Shown here piece by piece: positions 50,888 to 64,000 of a stretch of 64,000 nt of DNA. Position 1 is the stretch's first letter. Each line of letters opens with the position of its first letter. The stretch is from the human T2T-CHM13v2.0 reference genome, Homo sapiens, in NCBI RefSeq assembly GCF_009914755.1, contig NC_060934.1; one strand, written 5' to 3'. Below the pieces are notes generated by a model, which was given only the letters and a program-made list of their open reading frames with translations, did not search any database and was not told where the DNA came from. The translations under genes were made by a program, and so were the position numbers.

Positions 50888-53800
50888 TGTACTATTTATA
50901 TTTTTTATTTAAATTAAATTGTGCTTAAAGATTCTAAAATTTATAGTATAAAGCTCATTATAGAAAATGGTATTGACTTCTGAAACATTATAGTTTTGGT
51001 TTTGTTTTTATTCCTTCGGACATTTTCACTTAAGGTAGTTATCACTCATGCTTTTCTGCTATTATAAAAAGTGACCAGATTTTGCTTTTTTATCCAGGAA
51101 GAACAGTTTGTGAATGCCACTTGATAGGCCACCTGTGTTATTTTCCATGGGTATTTCTAACAAATAAAAAGTTATATTTTTACTTTGTATTCATCAAATT
51201 ATTTTATGTTTAATTTAGAAAAGCTTAAATTCTTCTTAGGAATATTTGCAAATATTTGTAAATAGTTTTTTTCAAAAAAGTTGAGGTAGATAGATATTAA
51301 ATATTTTTGTGACTTCTCATTAAAAGAAACTGAAGCAATTAGTTGACCTCACTCAATTCATTAAAACAGTGCTAGGTTCCTGGTTTTCGTGACATTAAAA
51401 ACAATTCAACATCTGTGTGTAGACAATGACTAAAACTTTATGATTTTGTTTCAGAGTTTTATTACCATAGATATTGTTTAAAATAGAACTTTCAAATACA
51501 TTTAAGAACCATTAAAAGTGACTTCTCCCTGTGCCTGAAAGATACATGCATGGCTTATATCTTTTTGTGTATAAACAATTTAATGTTTAACTTTTATTTC
51601 CTTTAAGTTTGCATATCAAACACTCTTAGCAATCTCATCATTTATACTGGAGTACTTAGACTTTGAAACTTTGCCACAGCTACCTGCCACGTCCTTGTAT
51701 AGGATATAAGTAAATATATTCAGTCATCAAATCTATAGAGAACTGTGAGAATAGAGTGGTAAACAAAACACATTGCCTGCCCTCACAGCTAAAGAGGAGT
51801 GATGGTGGGAAAGTGGAAGTGATCAGAACCCAATCTGAGGTCAGAAAACAAAACTACAATCTATTTCAGGTTGCACAAATGAAATTTTAACTGAATCTGA
51901 GGGACATTAGATTTAATCAAACCAAATGAGAAGGCAAGGTGGTGTTTTGAGCTAAGGGCACAGCAGATGTAAGAGTCATAAAGGAAGAAGAACAAAACAC
52001 ATTCAAGATAAAAGACACGGAGAGAGGGAAAGATGACACTGTACGGTGAAATATCTTGCAAGTCAATATTAGATACTAGCCTTTGGGCTTTAGCTTGAGA
52101 ACAGTGGGAAGACATTGACGCTCAGATTTTTTTTTCTAAAGTTTTTTATTAATGCCTAATACATATAGAAGCATTAGCATACTGCTTCGTGAATTTTCAC
52201 AGACTTAGCACACCTATGTGATGAACACCTAGATGAAGAAAAACAACAATATCAGCATCCTAAAAGTTCCCCTTCATTTTCCTTCCAGTCAGTCCTGTCT
52301 CTTGCCCACCAAGGGAGACCTCTTGCCTGACTTCTCACTGTATATGGAGGATATTGCCTACATTGTACTTAATATAAATAGGGGCATACAATGTGTATTC
52401 ACTTGGGTGAAGCATTACGATTATGAGATTTATCCATATTGTTGACTGTGGTTGCTAATTGTTCTCATAGCTGTATAATGTTCCGTCATATGCATGTACT
52501 ACAGATTTGCATTTTTCTGAGATTGCTGAATCTGCATCATGAAGGATGGGAGGGTGTGAATTTAGTAAGCTTCACAGTAAATCTAGGAAAGAGATACTGG
52601 GGCTTGAGCTAGTGTGGTGACAATGAGGATGAAGAGAGGTGGGTATATAGAGAGATATTTACAAGTTAGAACTTAATTGGATGAGGGGATGAAGAATCAT
52701 ACACCAGAGATAACTCCTGGGTCCTGACTTGGGCAGGGGTTAATGGCAGTGCCCTTCATTAAGTCCAAATACTGGAGAGGAAGTGGGTTGTTGCTTGTGC
52801 TTTAGTGATACAGGGGATTAACGAATTCAATTTCTGATACAGTTAAGGCATCTGTGAAACATTGCATAGATCTGCTTTATACAACTGTTTTATTAACTGA
52901 ATTAATGAATAACCTTACCTTCATTAACAACAGTGTGCTAACAAATAGTTCTACATATGGAAAACTGCAAATCTTGTCTAGTCTCACTGTTCTTCACCTC
53001 TGAATCTCACGAGATACTCTTTTCCTAAATGTGTTAGGAGTGGTTTTGTTGCATCTCATGCTTTTTTTTCTTTTTATTTATAGAATATACTTCATCTAAA
53101 CTAGTGCTAACTTTATGCAAGAAGAGTAGCACTTCCTAGGTATATGATATGAAAGGCATTGGTGAAATGCCTTCATACTTAAAGGCATTGTTTTTCCAAC
53201 ATTATGGTCTTTCCTTTAGCACAATAAAGACACCTTAAAATGAGTTTGTTTATAGGAAATAACCTACTTATTTAGTAAGACTTTAATGGACTGAAGTAAA
53301 TATTCATGAGATTTGGGCAGGGGAAAGAAAAGAAAGATAGGGATGAGGTCTGACCTGAGCACAAACCTAGGCAGGGTGCCACAGGGGGAACCCTGAACAT
53401 CAGAGAGCAGGTTGAATGCACCTGATTTTAAAGGAAGATTATGCCAAAAGAGTGACGTAGGAGCTGTAAAGGAGGGACTTCACCTCTTTTCGATGCTGCC
53501 TGGGACTAGTTATACTTGTGGAAAATTTTATGTGAAGATAACTAATAATTCTAGCACTGAATGAAACAAATGCCTGAGACCTACTGGAACATTAAATAGA
53601 CTTTTATGCCAGCCAGTTATGATTCAGTGCTATATTTAGACCACAAAATTTGAACTAAAATCAAGGCAGTTTATTCTTATCCCATCATGTCCATGGGGTG
53701 GAGAGGAACAACTAAGTAATCATGATCATGCACTTCAGTTTATAGCGTTTTCTCTAGCTTTGGGCATTGTCACTTAACAGACAATACAATTTTAAAAATT

Positions 53801-54738
53801 AAATGCTCAATTTCATTTCACTGAGGTTTTTTGTTGTTGCACAACATTGTAAGTATACAGTAAGTTGTTTTTTCTTTTAAATTTTTGCCTCTAATTCAGG
53901 TTTACATTGAGCAACCAAATCAGTATTTTCAGAAACCATTGAAGTTAATTCATTTATTTAATAATTACTTATGAAATATGTCATGTATAATAGTGCTATA
54001 GCCTAAGATGATGATGGTGAGAAGTACTCCTACCTTTTGTTACTGGCACGATGGTGGCGATACTCAGAACAAACAAAAACAGTGTGATAACACAAATTAT
54101 TATATGACTCGCTGTTTTAATAGTGTTTACAAAAGCAGTGAATCCCAGGAAAATAAACTATTGGCTACAATATCAAAAAAGAAATGATGGAAGTGGTAGA
54201 ATTTAATTTGGGTCCTGACAAATAGGCAGGATTTGAACATGTATGGCAAGAACACTGCAGGCAAGGGTAACATCTCATGAGAACTGATGCAGAAAAAAAT
54301 ACAGCATATATTGGCAGAGTGAGAAACTGGCCAGACTGTAGCAGAAATCACAAGCTGGTGTGAGGAGAGAGAGAAAAGCTTCATTAAGGAAGTTTTGAAT
54401 TACTGAAAAATTCACCAGTCATAAGGCATGGATTATTGTCTTGCTGTTTAGATTACCTATAAATGTAATTTTACTTTACTCACCACCATGTGATAATTAT
54501 GTAGGGTTTTATCTTTTTAGAAACCTGATGTGAAATTACCTGAAGGAATGAAGTTAGTGTGCTTTTAAGTTAAGAATATCTTCACTCAGTATCCATGGAT
54601 AGGCTTCAGGGAATCTGGATCTCTTTGAAATTAAAGCAAAAGTTTGGATGTATTTCTTTTTCTGGAGGAAGGATCCATTGCCTTTATGAGTATGTAACAG
54701 TCCAGAAGAAGTTAATAAAATAGCTCGAGCTCTCCTAA

Positions 54739-54997
<259 letters not shown>

Positions 54998-55357
54998 TAA
55001 TGCAGTAAATTAAAATGGGGAAATTAAAACACGTTAAATACTTTCCCTTTATTTCACTATTTACTGATACGGTATTTAAGAGATAATCCTGAAAAGTATA
55101 TCAGTTGGGTTGATTATATAACCAGAGATAGTGGCTATTTTATCAATTCCGTGGCTTTCAGTAAAAGGACAGCTCAATTGCCTTTTTAGATACAGAATGT
55201 TTCTGAATATGCTATTTCAAGTAGAAATTCCTTCCTATTTTTGGACAGGCATATGTCTGCTTTCTGCAGAATACAAAGAATTTTCAATGTGTCCAGCTTC
55301 AGTCCTGAAATTTGACTTACCTGGATCATATTTAATCTTTTGCACAACTGTTTAAAG

Positions 55358-55590
55358 CAGGAGTCAACAAATTATATATAGCCCATGGGCCAAATCCAGC
55401 CCTCAAACCTATTTTTGTATGGCCTATGACCTAAGAATTGTTTTTACATTTTAAAATTGTTAAATTTAAAAAAGGATTGTAAGGGATTAGGATTTTAAAA
55501 AGGAGAATATGCAACAGAGATTTTATGTGGCCCTCAAAGTCTATGGTATTTACTAACTGGCCCTTTTTTTAAATGCCAATCCGTGGTTTA
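55358..55590. mobile_element. MER58-like hAT element
   Basis: gggccaaatccagccc...tttttgtatggcc...atgcaacagagat..tgtggccc..tatttactaactggccc. Confidence 0.7.
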
Positions 55591-56199
55591 AAGTACAGTT
55601 TTTAAGTTCTCCTAGATGCATGTGTTATTCTACAAGCAGATACAATGCTTGTGGATAGATATTATTTTTGAAGTTGGGAGTATATTTATATAATTTTAGC
55701 AAAGTTGACTGAATAAGATAACCTGTTTTCTATACTGAATATTCAGCTAATAGTTTCGCTTTCTAAAGTCTGGATTTGAAAGTGTATGAACAAAGTGTGG
55801 ACTTAGTAATCTACTTCAAAGAACTATGTGAATATGAAAGTAGATTTTGTTTTTCATGGATATATTACACAGCAACCACAATTCAGATCAAGAAAAATAT
55901 TAAAATATAATCTTTGTTTTAGAAGACACCACTTAAGGCAAAGAAGGCAAAAGAAAACATTTGTACCTGTTAATGAGTTGGGAAGGGCAGCTCTTAAAAA
56001 TTATACTATTCATTGGTTTATTCAACATTTATACTTATTTTTAGAACCATTATATATATTGGCTTCTTTGTATTATATTTTATTAATATTATTGTATGAG
56101 ATACTATGATTCTAAATTTTGGATAAATATTGAAATTATTTTTAATGGGGGATATGTCATAATTAGTGAGTCTCAAAAAATTGGGGCAATTCTGCCTTC

Positions 56200-58040
<1,841 letters not shown>

Positions 58041-58939
58041 ATTTAAAAATAGCCAACACAAAATTTTAACATAGTTCAGGGATTTTTGAGAGCTCCTGGG
58101 ATCATTGAATAAGCATTCAAATATTCCAGTAAATGACATGCATGGAGCTAAAGGTATTAGAAATATGACTGTATACATTGGTATCATTATATATGTAGAA
58201 CTTTCTTTTTTGCACAGATCCTTAGCTTTGACCATTTATTCTATTTTTAAAGTGTGGAATACTAAAAAAAAATATTATTTGAACTTAAATATGATTACTA
58301 TTTGAGTATGCTATGATGTGAATACTTTTTAAAAGAATCTTTTATCATTAAAAGTAGTCATTTAGTACAGTAGGAATTTTTTTACAAAAAAACTTATAAA
58401 ATAATTTAAATTTCCAGAAGAGTTTCAAAGGCAGTACAGAGACTGAACTTTTCAGGATCCTTGTTCTGTGTCTTATAAGTTTTCATCTTCAAAAAGCATG
58501 GAACAAATACTAATTCAGCCTACCAACATAGCTTTTGTTAAAGTAACTGCTTTTTAAAATAATTTTTAAATACATAAAGCTACCAAATAATTAGTTTCAA
58601 ATTTCATAATTATTTTTTCTTGACTATATGCATAACTGATTTAAATAGAGTCATAATCCAAATTTTCTCAATTATGACATACATTTCTTCATGTTTCATT
58701 ATAGTCTTTTTAAATGACTAATAATAGACCATCTTGCTGATGTATCATTATTAATAAATTGTTTTCTTCCTGTTGGACATCTTAAGGCTGTTTTGTTTTA
58801 CTGTTATTAATAATATGGTAGGTGATATATTTGTGCATATAACTTCTTGCATTTGCCTAAATTATTTCCTTTAGCTAATTACCCAGAATTAGATTGGGCA
58901 ATAAAAATCATAGGGCTTATGAGGAAAATGGGGTTGGAG

Positions 58940-59450
58940 TACAGCCCACAATAATTTTGTCAGTGACACATTTTTAAAAAGACAGAAAACTAATAACAAG
59001 TGCAGCACAGTTTTACATATGTTAAATGGTTAAGAAATACATAATTACTATTATACAAGTGACACTTTTTACCTTGAACAAACCCTGATGTTTGCTTGTG
59101 GAAGTAGGTATGGAATTGTGATCTCCAAGTTAATGTGAAGTGGTAGAAGGAGGATTATCTGAAATCAGAAGGAAAGTTGTAACATTGCATGTGATGGGTG
59201 TGGCTCGTAACAGAAGCACGGTGAACTGAAGTGGCTGGTAACTTGAGATGTGTGCAGGTGTGCTTTTTGTTTATTCTTATGTGACTTAGTTAAGCTGGCA
59301 GCAATTTTCTGTGTTCACTTAGTGTTTCTCGCAGATAAAATCATGCATAAGCAAAGGTGACATTCTCTTTATGCTCATGTAGTTCTCTAATAAACCAACT
59401 GCACTGAAACAAATTTGCATTTTCAAAATAAGTGTTATGGCAGAAGAGAC
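58940..59450. mobile_element. Probable old Tigger-type DNA transposon remnant
   Basis: Resemblance by eye only. Confidence 0.35.
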
Positions 59451-59841
59451 TCCACTAATTTGTTATCCCATCAATTTTACTGCAATTTTAACATCGTGCT
59501 AGGTTTTTAAGCTTTTATATGGTAATTTTTCTGATATATTTTTAACCAGATGCCTTTAGAATACAGTTTGGTGCAGTCTTACAGATATAACTCCAACCAT
59601 AATAGGCAGTGGAGATGTTATTTTAAAATAATAATAAAGCTTGGTTAATTGCACAGAGACAAGAAAAAATGGAGGACAGGTTTCTTCCAAGAATGACTGA
59701 AGCCAGAATAGAGGTTAGAGAAAACAGAAGAAGAAAAAAAAAACCCTAAAACCTGCAAAGGGAGTTTGTACCTAGGTAGAGCAGTACCTTGAATACCAGA
59801 TTAAAGTTTCAACTTCCAGAAGGCAACCAAAAGTCAGTATT

Positions 59842-59888
59842 TTGTTGTTGTTGTTGTTGCTGTTGTTGTTGTTGTTGTTGTTGTTGTT
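59842..59888 (+). repeat. (GTT)n microsatellite with one interruption
   Basis: Read directly from the sequence. Confidence 0.9.
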
Positions 59889-60809
59889 AACAGGAAAGAT
59901 GAAAGACCAGATAAGGAAGAAAGGCCAAGGAGGAGGACATAGGAAAAGTGTAGGTTGGAGATGGTATGGTTACCATCCAATAAGAACAGAAAAGAAAGTA
60001 TAAATGTAAGGGTTTTGTTAGCAGTACTATTTGCCTTCTGATTAAATGATAAAGAAGATGTAAAATAAATGTTTGTCTAAGATTACTCCAAAGTATTATC
60101 CTGAGTGGCTAAAGAATAGCGATCCTAGAAAAAAAAAATTGATGATCAGGAAGAAGAGCTGTATGAGTGGGAGGAGAAGGTATTCCTGAAATGATGAGTT
60201 TAGTTTGAAAGGAAGCCTGACTGAGTGGACACAGCCCCTGATTGAGCATTAAGAAAATTTTTGATTAATTACTGGTGGGGCCCTGGACAATAGTATACTT
60301 CTCTGGCTTTCAGTTTTCTCACCTGTAAAATAAGTATTGAACTACTAGTGACTGCTGAAGTTTCTTCCAGCTTTGAAACAATTGCTGTGTGTTTTTTTTT
60401 TATTTGAACTTTATTACTGTTTCTTCATGATTGCTGTCTAGTGACCTTTTATGAAGACTTTGGTTTATAATGAAACAAGGATAAAGTGCTCAGTCTTGAG
60501 TCTGTTGGAGATTAAACTTTCCTGACTCCTGAAATGCTTGACTTGACACCGGAAGTGCCACAACTGCCATCTCACTTTATCTTTTTTCTGCCAAAGGAAG
60601 CTTCTTGCAGATCAAAATTGGGAGCAAGGAGAATTGGATGTATAAAGCCAAACTTGGAAAAAGCATTCTGCAATTTTTCTTAATACAATCTTTTGGGGCT
60701 CTATTTGTTATTAGCTGTTAGAAATCCCAATAAATTATTTGGAAAGAAATTCAGTACAAATATAATAATGTTATAGAAGTATATGTATATAGTAAATATA
60801 ATCTAGGAG

Positions 60810-61060
60810 AGGCTTACCATAGAAAAGGTGCAGGCTTTGGAATTAGCTTGAATTCAAATATTAGTTTTATTACTCTACTAGCTGTGTAACCTTAGGTAAA
60901 CAGAAATGAAAAGCTTTATTTTGGAGGATGATTTTATTTCTTTCTGTGTAAAATGGAAATAGTAATACTAAGTTTCAGAATTGTTGTGAGGATTAGAGAC
61001 AATGTTTGTAAAGAACTGAGTATACAACCTGATACTTAATAAAGAGTAACCTTTATCAGT
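60810..61060 (-). mobile_element. MIR
   Basis: ctagctgtgtaaccttagg...tgtaaaatggaaatagtaatac...gttgtgaggatta. Confidence 0.7.
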
Positions 61061-62659
61061 TACCAGGTAATAGTTATTGTTGCAGTATGAGGACTTGGTT
61101 AAAACTTTTTCAAATTCTTACCTGTATTAAACACTTAACCTACATTCTCCTCTTGTAATCAGAATCTCGTGTGCATGTATGTAATGATGGGTTCTCTAAT
61201 ATTCAGTTTTCTGGCAGATTAAAACATCTGACAAAACTAAAGAATTATTTTAAAAATATTTAGAGTGTCAACATATTCAATTCTTAGATGGAATAATGAT
61301 CTTTAAAGAGATGAGACTAGTATGTAAAAAGTTCATTTTTAAAAGTAAGAATCTTCATCCTAATTATCTGCTAGCTAAGACAAAATAATAGAATCAACAT
61401 TCTTACAGATTTTCGTTTACACTGCCTCCTTTAAAAGATGCCCAATACTGTGGATATTAAAGAGTGATTACTAGTATATTATGTATATTATATATTCAGC
61501 TTTCCTTTTGTAAATTGATTTTAAACATTTCCAAGAAATAGTTTCAAACTAGGTACTTCTTAACATCTCTTATACTTTTGCCTTAAATAAAAACACATTG
61601 ATAATGCTAATTATATGGTAAAACTGTTAGGTCTGCAGAAGTCATATTTTATTTCTGAAATAATAAAAATACATTTTAAAACAGATGCAGAAAATGTGAA
61701 AGGTAGATTGCTGCTGGAAATTCACATAGTCTTTAAGGAATAAACTATGTACGTGTTGACTATGAACAGACTAGTCTATATTTACTATATTAAATTTTCA
61801 CCAAGTTATAAAGATTCAGTATGTTATCCTTTTGGAAATTTAAAAAATAGTAAAACACATTCTTTTTAAGAGCAGGAACAATGTACTTGAAGCAACAAAT
61901 TTATGACTGAAGATTATATATCAGTATAATCCTTGCTTCTCTGATTGCTGTGTACCCTTTTCTGCAGCCGTTTTTTTTTTAACTCTTAAAGTCTGTGCTC
62001 TATTACAGTGATTCTTTTTCTTGTTTCTAAAAGAATAAATGAATAGTTTTTTGTTAATAATTAATGTAGGCCTCTGCTTACCTGCTTTATACATTCTTTA
62101 CCTGCCTGTACGTAGCACTTGCCTATGCAAGTATTCATTTACTGAAAAAGTTACCAACTTTGTAGCCTTGAAATCATTTAAAAAATATGTTAACTGACTT
62201 GAATACTCTGGTTAGAAGCAAAATGCATACCTTCTACTTGAAGGAATTTGTTTTCACCTTTACTGAAAAAAATACATATTTAGTTGTATTTTAAACACTA
62301 CTTATTTTGACATAGTAATCACTTTATAGTTTTCTAGGAAGTTCATCTTTGTATGCATTTTATATCTCCTATTCTTTTCTTGTAAAGATTAGGTTACAAT
62401 TAAAATAATTCAAAGATCATTGGGAGGTACTGCATTAAACTGTGGGTTGGATCTTGCCTTTTGTCTTGTTCAAACTGCACCTCTCCTTTTATTTTTTTCA
62501 ATCTGAAGATAGTAGCATGCTTAGAGCATGAATGTAAGCCATGTGGTGGCTAAGATAGAGAAGGCAGAGATGGATGACTTCAGAGGAAGTAAGTGTTTGA
62601 CAGGAGACTGGACTGGGTGATGGTGTGAACCAAAGTCAAGGTCACAGGGAGAAAAAGAG

Positions 62660-62816
62660 CAGGCTGGCTTCATGGGTGTGCAACCTGTACAGTTACACAA
62701 GGCTCAGCTTTTTTAATGTTCTGCTACTGCTATGTTGAAATTCTTAATCAATTTCACACAAGAGGCCCTGAATTTTTATTTTGCACTGAGTCTCACAAAT
62801 TATCTAGCCTGTTCTG
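62660..62816. mobile_element. MER91A-like hAT-Tip100 element
   Basis: ggcttcatgggtgtgcaacctgt...ttgaaattcttaat...attttgcactg...caaattat. Confidence 0.7.
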
Positions 62817-63458
62817 CAGATGAGAAATAACAGGAAGCAGAAATTTCTTGTCTTTTTAGTTATTAATTCCTTTTCCCAGATTAGCCAAAATGGGAATTAT
62901 TTTTTAAATGATGACTTACGGACATTTAAAAAAATGTGGAAAATTAACCTAATTTGAAAGCAGTTGTGTGTGTATGTATGTTATTTAGTAATTTACCCAA
63001 GTATTGGAGAGGGGAAAAAGGAGCTTGTTAAATTTTCTTATGGAAGTGTCAAAGGTGGTCAAACTTCCAATAGACTTTACCAAGTCAGTATGTAATATAC
63101 ATAGTTTGAGAAGTAAAAACAATTGGTATTACAGAATTGTATGTCTGAATTACCTACTACGTGCTGGGCTTTACCCAGAAAAGTGTTTCTTTACCCATAA
63201 AGCCTGATGCTTTATATTCAGTACAGTACTTTATTATTTAGTAATTATTCTTTCCTAGTATTATTTCTAAAGTGGTAATTGTTTCTTGCCTTTATAGTGC
63301 TTGTAAACTTTATTTTTTAAAGATTTTGGAAATTAAAATTTAGAAATTTATAAGCCCATTGTGGTTTTTACACAGTCCTGTCAGTTTACTAGTTTTATTT
63401 GATAGCTATCTAATACGCACCTGTTTAAAGTGGAACGTGTTTCTATTACACCTAGGCT

Positions 63459-64000
63459 CTTTTTTTTTTTAAAATTTAAGTTCTGGGATACATCTGCAGT
63501 TTGTTACATAGGTATACATGTGTCATGGTGGTTTGTTGCACCCATCAACCCGTCATCTACATTAGGTATTTCTCCTAATGCTATCCCCCACCTAGCCTCC
63601 CACACCTCAACAGGCCCCAGTGTGTGATGTTCCCTCCCTGTGTCCATGTGTTCTCATTGTTCAACTCCCACTTATGAGTGAGAACATGCGGTGTTTGGTT
63701 TTCTGTTCCTGCGTTAGTTTGCTGAGAATGATGGTTTCCAACTTCATCCATGTCCCTGCAAAGGACATGAACTCATCCTTTTTATGGCTGCATAGTATTC
63801 CATGGTGTATATGTGCCACATTTTCTTTATCCAGTCTATCATTGATGGACATTTGAATTGGTTCCAAGTTTTTGCTATTGTGAACAGTGCTGCAGTAAAC
63901 ATACATATGCGTGTGTCTTTATAAGTAGAATGATTTATAATCCTTTGGGTATATACTCAATAATGGGATTGCTGGGTCAAATGGTATTTCTAGTTGTAGA
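63459..64000 (-). mobile_element. L1PA 3' end (continues past the window edge)
   Basis: Minus-strand ORF2 C-terminus KKDEFMSFAGTWMKLETIILSKLTQEQKTKHRMFSLISGS plus a primate L1 3'UTR. Confidence 0.95.

Overview
Human/great-ape-type, AT-rich, repeat-dense DNA. It looks like the inside of one very long intron of a gene on the + strand: nearly all Alu/L1 copies are on the minus strand and the consensus splice sites are on +. From memory, not provable from the window, this is ZEB1 intron 1 around SPTLC1P1; no host coding exon is present. The standout object is a 4.5-kb composite retroposed cassette (18684-23218) bounded by a perfect 17-bp target-site duplication (TSD) and an A-tail. On the + strand it is spliced SPTLC1 exons 1-3 joined to an antisense AluSc-like acceptor. 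The Alu is split by an SVA2 (VNTR) element, and former intronic sequence follows. On the minus strand the same cassette holds what looks like a complete intronless transcription unit: a CRE-like site, an intact 416-aa NPAP1/POM121-related (UPF0607) ORF that stops inside the Alu, a VNTR 3'UTR and the SVA2 polyA signal. Elsewhere there are candidate non-coding cassette exons (two donors directly followed by UG repeats), an ancient ~250-bp local duplication, three atypical retro-insertions, and ordinary Alu/L1/L2/MIR/MER/MLT repeats. Repeat subfamily calls were made by eye and their boundaries are approximate.
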